Source of the DNA: the human T2T-CHM13v2.0 reference genome, Homo sapiens
NCBI RefSeq assembly: GCF_009914755.1
Contig: NC_060942.1
Reading direction: 5' to 3' (one strand)
Length of the DNA: 64,000 bases
The notes below the pieces were generated by a model, which saw nothing but the letters and a program-made list of their open reading frames with translations, did no database searches and was not told the origin of the DNA. Below are positions 1 to 12,749 of this stretch, piece by piece. The first letter of the stretch is position 1, and each line of letters starts with the position of its first letter. The translations under genes and the position numbers were made by a program.

Positions 1-639
1 CTTAACTTAGTTGATCAACAAGCGAAAGTCAGTGTTCCCACTTGTGGTCTTTGGAAATAAGCCTCACTTCTTTGTGATGGGCCAGAAGGCTGTCTAGAGC
101 CCTGACCTTGGCATCACTGTAGCATGGACTGGTCTGTTTGTGGAATGCTTGGAAGTCCCAGATGCCGTTGGTTGCTTCAGGATGCTCAGTGTCCTCATGT
201 CCCACCCACTCCCACCCCACAGCCTGCTCTTTGTCTCAAATATATTTCTCTCTTCACCCTCCTCTTGAGGAAAATACTTTGTGTCAATAAATGCTTCTGG
301 TGAATTGCTATGGTTCATATTAGTTCTTACTCAATCTGCTGCACTAATTCCCCTGATCTTACACATTTCCAGAATGATCTTTAAATGTCATTGTAGTGTT
401 CTTTAAAATAATCCAATCAGGGCACTTTCTGCCAAGGGAAAGGCTTTTCCCCTTTTTTACCCCCTAGAATTGGCTGTCTACAACTTACTAGACAAAATAC
501 AGATTCTTTATTTAGCACCACAAAGTTTTCAGTATTCTGACTTTAGCTCACCTTCTCAGGATTATCTTCTCTACAAAATCCTCAAATGTATCCTACACAC
601 CATCCACACTAAACTTGTCAAATCTCCTTTATTAGGTAT

Positions 640-1057
640 TATACTAGTTTCCAAGGGCTGCTGTAACAATGGCTACTTAAAACAACAGAAATCCAGTATC
701 AGAACTGCTGGGCTGAAATCAGGGTTTCAGAAGGGCCACAGTCTCTCTGGATGTGGGAATCTGTTCTTTGCCTCTTAAAGCCTCTGGTAGCTGCCTGCAT
801 TCTTTGGCTCATTGCCTTATCACTCCTATCTCTGCCTCAGTGGTCACGTTGCCTTTTATTTTGTCTGTATCAAATCTTCCTCTGTTTCCCTCTTATAAAG
901 ATATTTATGATTCTATTTATGGCCTACCTGGATACTCTGCCCAACTCAAATTCCCTAACTTAATCACATCTGCAAAGTCTTTGCCCTAGAAGAAAACACA
1001 GGTTCTGGAAATTAGGATGTGAACACATATCTGGGGGCCATATTTAGCCTACCCACA
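640..1057 (-). mobile_element. MaLR solo LTR, MLT1C/D-like
   Basis: Antisense MLT1 termini: tatactagtttccaagggctgctgtaaca...ttaaaacaacagaaa at the start; cctaacttaatcacatctgcaaag...ggccatatttagcctacccaca at the end. Confidence 0.8.
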
Positions 1058-1061
1058 CTTA

Positions 1062-1560
1062 TGTATTACTGAGTAGCCTGTTATCCCTAAAATTTGCAGT
1101 TTAAAACAACTATCTATATTATCCTGTGGGCCATGAATCTGAGTGTGTCTTGGTTGGGTCCTCTAGCTTGGAGTCTCTCCCAAGGCCTCAGTCCCCATAA
1201 GACTTGAGTAGGAAAGACTTGCTTCCTGGTTTGCTCCTGTGCTTTTTTCAGCATTCAGTTCTGCTTGGTTGTTGGACTGAGGCCCCAGGTCCTCACAGGC
1301 TGTTGGCTGGAAGCCTCTCTCAGCTCACTGCCACACAGATCACTTCACTGAACATCTCACATGATGGTGGCTTGCTTCATCAGCAAGTGAAGGGGCAAGA
1401 GAGAGTGCCAGCAGGACAGAAGTCACATCTATCACTTTTGCCTTCTCTATGTGTGAGAAGAAAGTCACTAGCTCCACCCCATACTCAAGGAGAGGGGATT
1501 ACACAGAGACATCAATATTAAAAAGCAAGCTCTTTGGCTCCATATCAGGACCTACCTACA
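1062..1560 (-). mobile_element. MaLR solo LTR, MLT1F/G-like
   Basis: ttaaaacaac...gttggactgaggcccc...gctgttggctggaagcc...gaaagtcactagctccaccccatactcaaggagaggggattacaca motifs typical of antisense MLT1F-group LTRs. Confidence 0.7.
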
Positions 1561-2074
1561 ATAGCTCCCCCAACATGTCATGCCCTTTTATGACTGCATG
1601 CCCATGCGTAAGTTTTCTACTCATGTTGTTTCAAAGCTACCAGCTTGGAAAACTCTTCTGTAGGCTTAAGCCATGATTTCAGTTGCCATCTCTACAATGA
1701 ACTCTTTGTCCCAACCATGTTTGAAATTCCAGAGCATTTTTTATACCTTTGTGTCACCTGTAGGTGTTCACACATTTGAGTCTCCCGTTAAGCTATGGTT
1801 ATTTGGGGTCAGGAGTTCTGTCATCTTCCTTCTGTTTTCTCAGTGCCTCTTGGACACAGCACTCTGCATACAGGAACCACTCAATAAGTGTTGTTCTGAA
1901 TATTAGTTCTTTTTATAATTGCATAATTTGGTGCTTATTTGATTGAAATGTGATCATTGTACTTCATGTATTCAGTTTGCCTTGAAGAATTTGACTTCAT
2001 CTATTGTGCTCTATTTATCTATTGTGCTCCAGCTGTCTGCGTTGTTTCAACTTCACTGTATGAATAAATCCCCT

Positions 2075-2198
2075 GGGGATTCACTTAAAATGTAAATTCT
2101 TATCCTCTAGGGCTGGGATGGAGCTCAAGATTAAAAATTTCTAGCATGTTCCAAGCTGGTGCCCATACTGTTTGTCCAGGGACCACACTGCGAATAGG
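2075..2198 (+). mobile_element. MER5A-like hAT-Charlie fragment
   Basis: ttaaaatgtaaattct...gggatggagctcaaga...gtccagggaccacactgcgaatag resembles the MER5A terminal half. Confidence 0.55.
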
Positions 2199-3074
2199 AA
2201 AACATAGAAAAGAATGTAAGGGAAGGTATAGGAAGGGATATTTGAGTTAAAAATGAGAGGATTTTCTAATAGTAAGATCTATATGAAAGGAGGATGGGGA
2301 TATAAGGGGGTGTGAGTTAATTAATTAACGAGCTCATTTTTTTTCTGGGCTAACTCAGATATGGGCTGGGAGTCCAATTGTTAGGCATAATATAGAAGAG
2401 ACTAAGGGGACATTTAGAATAAATGGGCGTTTTCTCAATATGATCTATAGGGTGCTATGGTTTTATTGGAGTCCTTAGAACATCCATGAGCATCAAGGAA
2501 AACCTAAAATTTTAACTTCAATTTTGTATATTTTATCCCTCAAGACACCTTCAATTTTATATATTTTACCTATTGAAGTTCTGTGTAAGATTTAATTTTT
2601 TAAACAAATCCAGTTGCTTAAAATACACACTCACACACAACACACACTCTCAAAAGTACAAACATGGCAGTAGAGGAGTTTCTCTGATTCTATGCGCCCT
2701 GATCAGAGAACCATGGTCAAATGTTAAAGAAAAGATTCCTCAATGAACAGCTTTTCAATTTAACCTACGGAAGTTATTTTCAGTCTTCAAATTCTTGATT
2801 AAGTGCAGGGAAAACTCATGTTCCATTGCATCCATTTGCAAAATGGCTCAATACCCTTCTGAGTAAGCAAACTGACTCACAGCGTCCCTGGACCATAGGA
2901 CTATATCTTTATGTGTTTAGTTCACAGGAGAAGCCTTCGGGGCTCCTTCATCCCAACACCTATTGGTTCTTATATTATAGACAACTTTAACACCCAACCT
3001 GACACATGTCAAAGGGGCCACACTCTCTCTGGATGTGGGAATCTGTTCTTTGCCTCTTCAAGCCTCTGGTAAAG

Positions 3075-3200
3075 GAAAGGGACTGTAAGGTTTGAGTCCA
3101 CAGATGTGGTTAAGGCTTAGCTCTACCAGAAATAACTCCAGTGGTTTTGAGCATGTCCCTTGCCCTCTCTGGGCCTCAGTTTCCTCATGAGAGAATTGTT
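3075..3200 (+). mobile_element. MIR SINE (interrupted by MER58A; tail resumes ~3398-3435)
   Basis: MIR core: cccttgccctctctgggcctcagtttcctcat. Confidence 0.7.
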
Positions 3201-3206
3201 CTAGAT

Positions 3207-3389
3207 CAAAGGTTGGCAAATGTTTTTGTTAAAGGGCTAGGTAGTAAATATTTTAGTCTTTGTGGACCATCAAGCCTGCCATAGACACTACGTAACCAAA
3301 ACCCATGTGGCTGCGTTCCAATCAAACTTTCTTTACAAAAACAGGTGGTTGGCTAGATTTAGTCTGTGGGTTATACTTTCTAAACTCTG
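3207..3389 (+). mobile_element. MER58A hAT-Charlie MITE
   Basis: caaaggttggcaaa...aaagggctaggtagtaaatattttag...gtggctgcgttccaatcaaactt...; degenerate 8-bp TSD ttctagat (3199-3206) / ttctacgt (3390-3397). Confidence 0.85.
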
Positions 3390-5444
3390 TTCTACGTGAT
3401 CACTGGGCATCTGCCCAGCTCAGAAACTGTGATTTAAAATTAGATAGACTGTGGTATTTTTCACTAAGTTATTAATAGGTTATACTGGCTTGAACTACAT
3501 TTGCTTTTGAATAGGAAACAGAATCTTAACTCAGGGGCCATGATTCTACAGATTTTCAGACATCAGGGTCAGGCAGTAGCAGAGATATTTTTTGATCCAA
3601 GGGTCTTTGGAGGGCCCTGACATTATGCCACATAGGAAGTTACTTGCCCTGTCTATATGTAAGGCCAATCTGGTTACGCAGAGGGAGTCATTAGCATTTG
3701 GAGGTCCCTGATGAAGCCTTTCTGGGACTGCTCACTTGCCAGGACAGCTGAGAAACCACAATAGGAACAATGAATCCTGTCATTGGGAACTGTAAATAAT
3801 GAACTGACTGCAGTAGTTCTGCTCCATAGGGCCCCATACTGACTGCTATTCAATTGTAAATATCCCCCGTCTGCTGTTGTACTGGCGGACAGAGAGTCTT
3901 TGCTATATATTATGCTAAACGTTCCCTGGAATCCAACTGCAGGAAGAGAAGACAATGCAGGCGGTGAAACCATCCCATTAACTTACTGTACATCTGTTTC
4001 TGTCTCCTCACAATTCAAGGTGTTAAGACAGCCCACAACTTCCCTTTGAGATACATGAATATTTTTATAGGTATGGAACTCATATATGTGTGTACAAATG
4101 TATTGCTATTTGATTCCTTCAATGGCACCTTCCTAGAGATGAAAGAGATTGACTTATGTCATCTATTTTTCCATACAGTGTTTTTCCTCTTTCACTTGGT
4201 CTTGTTTTGCTTTAACTGATAAAGAGCCTTTCCCATGAGAAGCTATTAAATAGCTGGGGAGATATTTCAGGGAGCCTTAAATTAATACCCATTTTGCATC
4301 TGGTGCCTGGTGCTGTCACCAAGACCCTGGTTTGGGTTCTTGACCAAGTATTGCATTAATTATTTTCCTAGATGTGACTTATTTGCCATTTTGATAACTT
4401 GATTCCTGACTCACTTCTGCATTTTTGAACTTTGAGATTCTGAACTCTGAAGTGTGGCACTCTGGACCCTGTCTGTTTCTGCCCTCATCCTTGAACTTGA
4501 ACTTAATTTTCAGGCACTTAGGATGTTTATTAAACTTTGAGAACTTTTCTTGCTGGCCATCGGATAGAGCAGGAAAGTTGTTCAAAAAAGTAAATTTACA
4601 GAGCTTCAAAGCTTAAAGGGCTCCTTGAAGTCATTAGTGATAATCCTTTTTAATTTGTAATGAAGGCTCTGGGTCCCAGAGACATTGCTCAATTGGCCAG
4701 AGCCATCCAGATGCCAACCAGATGTTAGTTTCCCTCCTGCTCCCAACCATCTTCCTCCCTGGGTAGTCCCCTCTGCTTCGAGTACATTTGGAGGAACAGC
4801 TTGTTTCCTTACATCCTGTCCTGACTTGGTTCCAACTTTAGGTTCTGAAATGGGAGGCTTTCCAAAATGCCGGGGTCCTTGGGGACTTTGTTAACATCAT
4901 GCCCCCAACTCTTTAAAGTGCTATCAATTCAAGGAATTGTCTGTGGCACTCTTTTAAATGTCCAGGTAAGATATCAGTGACAACACTCATGCTGTTGAAA
5001 AGCTTTTAGTCCTTCTGTCTGTGAATAATTTTTTATTGTCTTTTTTGTTAGTAAGCCTCAGTCTGAAGACATATTGCTCAGGCATCTCTTATTTTAATTA
5101 CCAAAAGTCCGTTTGAATCACCCCCTTCTAGGGCTTCTTCCAAATGCTCTTAATTCGCATTCACTCATGCAGAGAAATTGAGCTCTCATTTTGTTTTACC
5201 GTACACTGAAGAGCGTGAATTTTTGTTCCAATAGTAGCCTATCAAACCATTTTGATAAAGCAGGCAATTCAGTATGGAGAGAATCAGACAATTCCCTTAC
5301 TATGTGAGGGAACTTGTGAGTCTAAGTAGTAGCATTATTTTCTCTCTCATTCTCTCATACCCAGAAAGCAGCCAGAGAATGTAGACTCAAATTTCAAACG
5401 TCCTTCATTTTTAACTCAATGTTTTGACTTGCTTGCTTTCACAC

Positions 5445-5578
5445 TTTCTTCCCTCCCTCCCTCCCTTCCTCCCTTCCACCTTTCTTTCTTTCTTCCTCCC
5501 TTCCTTCTTTCCCCCTTTCCTCCTCTCTTTTTCTCTCTCTCTCTTCTCTCTCTTTCTCTCTTTCTTTCTTTCTTTTTT
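5445..5578. repeat. Polypyrimidine (CCTT/CT/CTTT)n low-complexity tract, expanded tail of the adjacent FLAM
   Basis: About 130 bp almost purely C/T. Confidence 0.9.
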
Positions 5579-5690
5579 GAGATAGGGGTCTTGCTTTGTT
5601 GCCCAGGCTGGTCTAAAACTCCTGGCCACAATCAATCCTCCTGCCTCAGCCACCCGAAGTGCCGGGTGGCATGAGCCACCACACCCAGCC
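5574..5690 (-). mobile_element. FLAM (free left Alu monomer)
   Basis: gagataggggtcttgctttgttgcccaggctggtctaaaactcctgg...cctcagcc...atgagccaccacacccagcc; single monomer. Confidence 0.85.
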
Positions 5691-5964
5691 TTGAATATTT
5701 TTAATAAATATAGACATTGGCTTTGGGGGACAAAAGGAAAAGAATCTTTATTTCAGTTCTCTATAGTGCAAGTGTAGATTGTGTTAAATAATATATACTC
5801 AAGCATTCTTATGTTTTCCTCTCCTTAAATGCTTCTCCAACTTATTCTGACCAAAAATCGAGTTAGACAGAGGGCTCATGAATCAGCTTAACCCATTTTC
5901 ACTAGCAGTTGCAGCAAAATGACTTCTCCTGAGGAGCTGTAATGCAGAGGGTATATTTAGTTGG

Positions 5965-6060
5965 GAATTTCTAAGCTTGGATTCCAACCCCAGTTCTGCA
6001 AGGAACTTAACTGCATGACTTTGGTTAAATCATTTTACCTGTTTGGAATTCAATTTCCTG
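5965..6060 (+). mobile_element. MIR fragment
   Basis: ttggattccaaccccagttctgca...tgactttggttaaatcattttacct...caatttcct. Confidence 0.55.
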
Positions 6061-6061
6061 A

Positions 6062-6530
6062 AGGAATACTTTGGCTGCAAGAAACAACAACAACAAAAAA
6101 ACGGAGCAACAGCAGTTTTATCAAATAAAGGTTATTCTCTCCTGTAACAAGGTATCTGATCATCAGCATCCTCAACTGTTGTTCCAGCGGCTCAATAGTG
6201 TTAGGGCCAGCAACTCTGCAGTTCTCCTGGCCTCATCTTATTGTCTCAATACTCAAGCTACAGCTCCAGGCATTAGGTCTGCATTTAGGGCAGGAAGGAG
6301 AAGGTTAGGGAAGCAGCTCTCTGCCTCTATCTCTTTCATCAGCAAAAGGAAAAGCCATCTCAGGAGCTCCCAGCAGACTCTCTCACTCATTTGACAGAAT
6401 CACATCAATACCCCAGCTGCAAGAGAGGCTGAGAAATTACGTGCTTAGCTGTTCTCATCTCTGTGGTAGAGGCAGGTAGAAGAAAGGGATTGTGATTAGG
6501 TTGAGTTAGCCAACCTACAGTGTCTAGCTT
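6062..6530 (-). mobile_element. MaLR solo LTR, MLT1J-like
   Basis: ttggctgcaagaaaca...gctacagctccaggcat...cccagcagactct...agctgcaagagaggctgagaaa...gttagccaacctacagtgtct. Confidence 0.7.
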
Positions 6531-7659
6531 ACCTTCCACATATATAAAAGGCAGAGGCTGTGCTAGGTGATCTCTTAGACCTTTCCCAGCTCCAAACCCA
6601 TGTTAATCTCTGAATAGGGAGAAAACCTCAGTATGGAGTATCACTTTCATGTGTATGGCAATTCCTGGTTTCTATTCAAATCCTCTCCCCAGAAATACCT
6701 TCACTAATATTCCATGTACAGGCTGGAGAAAAGCTGATACATTTCTCATATGGGTAGCACAATGTCATCCCAAGAAAAAAACAGAGGGGGCCAGTATTCA
6801 TAACATAATGCTGTTTTGACAGATCCAGGAAAAGAGAAACAAATATCAATTCACATGAAAATACTCCTAAAAGAGGTAACCCACATATTGATATTACATA
6901 ATTTTTTAAATTAAATTTGTATTGATGATTTCAGGTTTTAGAAAAATTTAAAAATCAAGATAAAAAACATTTATTTTTAAAACTCCCTTTCAGTCCTCAG
7001 TCACATATAATTTTGCATGACTACAATCTTACATGCAGACCATTCTATGCCCTGAGTTTTCCACTTACCATTATCAGATTATTATTTTACAGAAAGTTGA
7101 GTCAGAGGAAATAGAAGGAGCAGGAATGATTGAAGAAAATCATTGTAAAAGAGTGAACAGAGGGGGCAGGTGAATCCTAAGGTCTTAATGGGAAGCTTGA
7201 CCCCTTCCTCAATTTGTCTCAGTTTGTGTGATTACAAAAACGGGGACATAAGAAAGCAAAATGAGCTATAGCTACATAGACTAGTAGGGTCCTCTTCAGG
7301 AATCCAAAATAGAGACTTGAGGTCCAATTACCTCTTGGATCTTCTTAAACATTTGACGTAGGAAATTACTTCAACTCATTGAGCTCACTTCCATTTGGAG
7401 TCAACAATTGCTTTTATGAGAAATTGGTTTCATTGTGTTCCTCTAGAAGGGCATGTTTGTTTATTGTAGACTTTAAGCACATCTCAAGGAGATGTGACTG
7501 TATAATTTAAGCACATCCCAAGAGCTCTCTGACAATGAATGTGTCCTCCAACACCAGCATCACACTCACAAAGGCCTATGGGAACCAAGCGGAGAGCATG
7601 AATGTATGATTTTCTCAGTAAAAGACAATAGAGAGTGGCAGAGTCAGTGTCAACTGGTG

Positions 7660-8064
7660 TAATATGGTTTGGATTTGTGTCCTTGCCCAAATCTCAAATC
7701 TCATGTCGAATTGAAATCCCCAGTGTTGGAGGTGGGGCCTGGTGGGAGGTGATTGGATCATGGGGATGGTTTCTAATGGTTCAGCAACATCCCCCTAATG
7801 CTGTCTTGTGACATAATTCTCACAAGATCTTGTTGTTTAAAAGTGTGTGGCACCTGCCTCATCTCTTTCTTCCTCCTGCTCCTGCCATGTAAGATATGCT
7901 TGCTTCCCCTTTGCCTTCTGCCATGACTATAAGCTCCCTGAGGCCTCCCCAGAAGCAGAAGCCTATACAACCCACAGAACTGTGAGGTAATTAAACCTCT
8001 TTTCCTTAAAAATTACCCCAGTCTCAGGTATGTCATTATAGCAGTGTGAGAATGGACTAATATA
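7660..8064 (+). mobile_element. MSTA MaLR solo LTR
   Basis: taatatggtttggatttgtgtcc...caaatctcatgtcgaattg...ggaggtggggcctggtgggaggtgattggatcatggggg; attaaacctcttttcct...ccagtctcaggtat...gactaatata. Confidence 0.9.
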
Positions 8065-8564
8065 GAGAGAAAATCTAGACCTTCTCAAATCTTGACTTCT
8101 TTAATATTGTATGGATTCCTGCATCTTTGGGGCTCTCTTCAGTTGCACAAGAGTTGAAAACTTCAATTTTGAGTGTGTGACTTTCCTTATAAGCCATTGT
8201 GGTTTGCCCTGTTAGGTATATATTACATTGACAATTCTGATATTTTCTGTTTCTGGACATAGAACTGTGGAAAGTTAAGAAGTGGTAAGTTAAATATTTC
8301 AGGGATCAGTAATGCAATTTACTAAAGATATTTGGGTTTTCTTCCTTTTAAGCATATGATAAGATTTTAATTTTTGGCTCCTTTGTGGTTGGTTGGGACA
8401 ATGTTATTAGTTTTGGGGGTTCTTTTTGAAATGAGTTATGAGCCTATGTAATGAATGTTATTTGCATGCTAAAGCATTTAGCTGTGGATTGTATATGTGA
8501 GAATTTTTAGAGCTCTCATTTCTTCTGACACAAACAACCATCAATGTTCAAGGTGATCATTGCT

Positions 8565-8716
8565 CCATTAGTCTGTGTTCAAGAGTAACCACAAAGAACA
8601 GAACCCTTAGGGAAACTAATTAATAACATGTGTGAGAAATATACTTTCACTACTAAGCCATCCAGTTTTGGGGAATATTTGTTACCATACACAAACTTAG
8701 TCTATCTTGACTGATT
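8565..8716 (+). mobile_element. Old MLT1 (K/L-like) LTR 3' fragment
   Basis: acatgtgtgagaaatatacttt...taagcca...ttggggaatatttgttacca...cttagtctatcttgactgat. Confidence 0.5.
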
Positions 8717-9392
8717 AAAGCCTTCTTCTGAGATCTTTTTTCCTCAAGCCACAAAGAAAAAGTAAAATTGTGATTATCCTATGAGAAGTTTAAATATAGC
8801 ATAGAAATATAGATTTACTCAAGAGAAAGGGAACTGAACCCAATCCTGCCTTCTCCCAATGGTAAGTCATGTGACCTATGGCTGATTACTTACTGTCCAA
8901 GAGTATCATCAGTTTACAGAAGAAAGGCTAACAAGGGATAATGACACATCTTTCCTTTTATTTACCTAGTTCTCAAGAAAATTAGTTCTCTGTCATCTTC
9001 AGGTGACCAACTACCTTGAGCTTTAATTGATTTCAATTCTTACCCTTATTAAAAAGCTCAAATTGTCCCATGTAGAAGTCACTTCATATCAGCTCCTTGA
9101 AACTGTGTGCATTGCCCTACTAGTCTTTTGCATGTCCCATGCCCTCTGATGTCAAGATATTCTAGGCACAAGCAAGAAATCAGCTGTTTCTCCACGAATC
9201 CTTAGTTTTCCTATTGAGGAATGAATTTTAACACCAGAGTCTGGATTTGCTTTTTATACTGGGTTGGTCACATTTTTCTAAATTTTCAGTGGACAGAACT
9301 AGGTAAAAAAAATGCATATATGATATATTGTGAGTTCATATGGACATTTCCAATTCGAAATCAGAACAACAAGATTTTTACTTCGATGTTAC

Positions 9393-10284
9393 TGTTGGAA
9401 AATAATTCTCCATGGATCTCTCATGTTTCTGAAAATTTTGAATACAGAGGTATTGACTGTCTTTGTTCTATACTATTTTTTGAAGGATATTTGTATAGTA
9501 AACAGACCTGAAAAATAAAGATAATATCTCCCTGTGGACAAAGGGTAGATTTGTTTACTCTTCGGTATAATAAACATATCTCTATCCAGGACAAAGGACA
9601 CTGTATTAGTCAGGGATCTGTAGAGAAACATAACTAATAGAATATATATAAAGGGATTTACTTTAAGGAATTGGCTCATGTGATTGGGGAATTGACAGGT
9701 CTAAAATCCATAGGGCAAGCCAGCAGTATGCTAGAAACTCAACAGGAGTTGATGTTGCAATATTGAAGCAGAATTTCTCCTCCAGGTTTTATCTTAAGTT
9801 CTTTCATTGATTGAGTGGGGCCCATATACAATATAAAGCATTACCTCCTTTCCTGAAGGCCAACTAATGGCAGATGTTAATCATAGCTATAAAACACCTT
9901 CACAGCTCACTTAGATTAGTGTTTGATTAAATCATCTGGTACTATATAGCCTAGTCAAGATGACACAGAAAACTAACCATCACAAGCAGGTTTGTTTGTA
10001 GCCTATTATAAAAGATTCAGTTTCCCTAAACTCCAGGTTACTTAGCTGTGATGCAAACTCACAATTTAGGCTTCTCTGTATCACCCTTGTTGGTTTAGAG
10101 GGGCAAAGATGACTGATACAAACACAGTGCTCACGCTGTTTGCTGTGCATATGTAAAATGTTAAATCCTTTTGTCTCTGACCCAGAAGTCTGTGCGTTCT
10201 GTCAGCATCCATGAAATTGCAGTAGGATCCTAGTATAGTAACTTTCTAGTAGGGTAAAATTGCAGAACTTTCACGGTTCTTGAC
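9393..10284 (+). mobile_element. ERVL solo LTR, LTR40-like, split by an MLT2 insertion
   Basis: tgttggaaaataattctccatggatctctc start; ends agtagggtaaaattgcagaactttcacggttcttgaca; internal ctttgtctctgacccagaagtc-like motif and cagcatccatgaaa. Confidence 0.75.
9602..9984 (-). mobile_element. MLT2 (MLT2D-like) ERVL LTR nested in the LTR40-like element
   Basis: tgtattagtcaggg...agagaaaca...taaggaattggctcatgtgatt...gatgttaatca...caccttcacag...tgacacagaaaactaaccatcaca. Confidence 0.85.
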
Positions 10285-10289
10285 AGTTA

Positions 10290-12600
10290 CATCTATATTT
10301 TTTTTCCTTCCATCCTGAAAATTTTAGTTCTCAGATATAATATATACATGAATTAGAATGTCCCCAAATTACTGATTTGCTTTATCCCAACTTGCACACT
10401 CAGAATAACAATACCAATGATACTACCCCTAATTGTAATTATGGAAAATAGTCACTTTTTAAGTATACCCTCATCCTCCTTTTCCATTTCTTATATTTCA
10501 TTCTCTTCTTGTTTTCTTAAGATTTTACTATATCTACTACAAAAGAAAATGAAATAACTAAGGTGAAGCTTTCTAAGGTGGAGTCAGGAGATGGGGAGAA
10601 GGTGGCATTGACACCTGCTAATGGCCAGACTGCAGTGTGTCCCCACAGCCTTGGATAAACAACTGAAGTTAGTATCCATAGGCCTTCAACATTTCTCAGC
10701 TGAAATACCCTCATTAACCAATGAGAATGGCTGTGCAATGTAAGATCCCTGTCTAGCAAATCAACTGCCTCCAAAAATAACTTTTTATGGAAATCCCCTC
10801 TACAAAAAATCTCTTCTGTGCTTGCCTTTTCAGACACTATTCAGGGCTGCCCTGATTCAGTGTACCCAATATGCAATTGTTTGTTTCTCAAATAAATGCT
10901 ATATCCTTTAACCTCCATGTCATTTTTTTTTTCAGTTAGCACTACATTTTCAGATAACATGGTAATTATATTATTTCTTTAAACCTTGTTTAGCCTTAAT
11001 ATTAGAAGTAGCTATACAGGTAATACTCACCACCAGTTCTTAAATTGGTATTTCTAGGAATGTGGGATGTCTGAAGTTTGTTCTCTGATGGATTCCTAGG
11101 AAGATATTTTGGGGACAATAGGACAATGTTACATGAATTCTTGCATGCTAGTAACAGTCCTTTTATACTTGAGTGGCAGTTTTTTTTAATTACAAAATTC
11201 TTGTCTCAGATTTTCTTTCCTTGTATATCTAAAATATGATGTTCAATATTCTTCTGGGATAAATCATCTGTGAAAATATCTGATGATAATCCAATATTGT
11301 TTATCTTGTAGGTCACAAAACCTTTTTGTCTAGATGACAAAAAGATTTTTTCTTTTTCTTTAAAGTTCAGGAATTTTATTAGGATGTATCTTAGTTGATA
11401 GTCTTAAGTATGTGATGTGTTCTTTCAATGTTTTAAGTATTTTCTTAAAAAAATTGTTCTTGAACTATGGTTATTAATGTTTGCTAGCTTTTTATTTTTA
11501 TTTTCTTCAGAAAACCCTATTATTTATAGGTTGGCTCTTTTTTGCTTATCTTTAATAATTGTCCATTTCCCTCAAATTCTTATTTATTTCTTCTTGATTT
11601 GTAAAATTTTCTTTCTTTTCATATTTTATGTCTGTAGGCATTATTTGTTGTGATTATTTTCTTTTGTGTTCATTTCATTTTAGTCTTTCCTTCTTTAATT
11701 TTTAATTCATGATTTTGTACTTTATTTTGAATATTCTAATTCTGATTTATGTTCTTTATGCTTTCTTTCATGTTTACATTATCCTAGCTAATTCTCTTTT
11801 TTTTTTTCTTTTACAACTTTGACTCACCTCCCCTCTGTGAGCATGTGTTTATGACATTGTTTTATTGTCTTCAGGGATATTATTCTGTTCAATTTTCTGT
11901 CTCTCTTGTCTTCATAGAAACTTTGTGAAAAATTTGACTGCAAGATTTTTCTGATGTTCATCTTATTAACAGATTTTAGTTTTTCTAAAATTTGACAAGT
12001 GCAATAAAATCAGACAGCTTTTCTTCACAGAGCTTCTTCTGTTGCTTTTGTGTAAAGTTTAAAGCTGTGATTCTGAGATTTTCTGGTTCTGTTCTTTGCC
12101 TCCCCCACCCCCTACACTTTCATTTGTACAGTCCCCTGCCTCTCTATGCATTGGCCCAATCCTGCTCAATCTTGGTTCCTCTCACAGCAGTTTTTTCTGA
12201 GCGCGGGGCAAGTTGGTTCCTTGATCCCATTATGCTCCAACCTCTGTTCTTTCCGTGGGCCTGTCTCGTAGTCACTGCTATTGGAGTCCTTACATTTACC
12301 TGCCACACTTTTGAGTGAAGCCTGCTTTCTATTGGGGGTTCTCTTATTCTCAGGTTCATCACATAACCTGTTGGTTTCCTTGTTTTCTTCCACATAGATG
12401 CCAGTAACATACAAGACTTGTCCTATCAGCGTTTTGTCCCTATATTGGCTTCGTGCCCATATGGTGTCACCCAGCTTTGTTGAAAATGTTGGACATAGGT
12501 TTTTAGTTTTGCTATCTAGTTCGTCTGTTTTTATGTGGAGATTTAGGAAGACTGAAGACTTTGCACACCACAACTGTCATCTTTTCAGATTTCCCCATCT
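10290..12600 (-). mobile_element. Degraded ancient L1 (L1M) 5'/ORF1-region, antisense; also ~9210-9390
   Basis: T-rich antisense L1-like sequence (tcttttttctttaaagttcaggaattttattaggatgtatct-like, gaaaaccctattatttataggttgg); no intact ORF. Confidence 0.6.
10550..10941 (+). mobile_element. ERV1-class solo LTR (family uncertain) nested in L1
   Basis: TG start, CCAAT (aaccaatgag), aataaa followed by T-rich U5 ending ...cagttagca. Confidence 0.5.
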
Positions 12601-12749
12601 ATTCATTTTTCATTCAAACAGTTTTTTATTTGTCAGCTACCATTATATAAATGTCAGAGATAAAAAAGTGAATAAGATGCTGTACCTTCTCTTAAGGACC
12701 TAGTGCAAGATTGAAAAAAAGCTTTGAATTCTGTAGCATTTTTTCTACA

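Noticed and set aside
3674-3973. 99-aa ATG ORF on the minus strand in unique sequence, with two TGTAAATA forkhead-like motifs
   Set aside because: Length within chance expectation, no domain or splice context; motifs alone are insufficient
5411-5674. Lys/Glu/Arg-rich and Leu/Ser/Phe-rich ORFs
   Set aside because: Translations of a FLAM plus a polypyrimidine tract
11992-12703. Overlapping ORFs up to 135 aa
   Set aside because: Lie in degraded L1 sequence, mostly non-ATG starts, no recognisable domain
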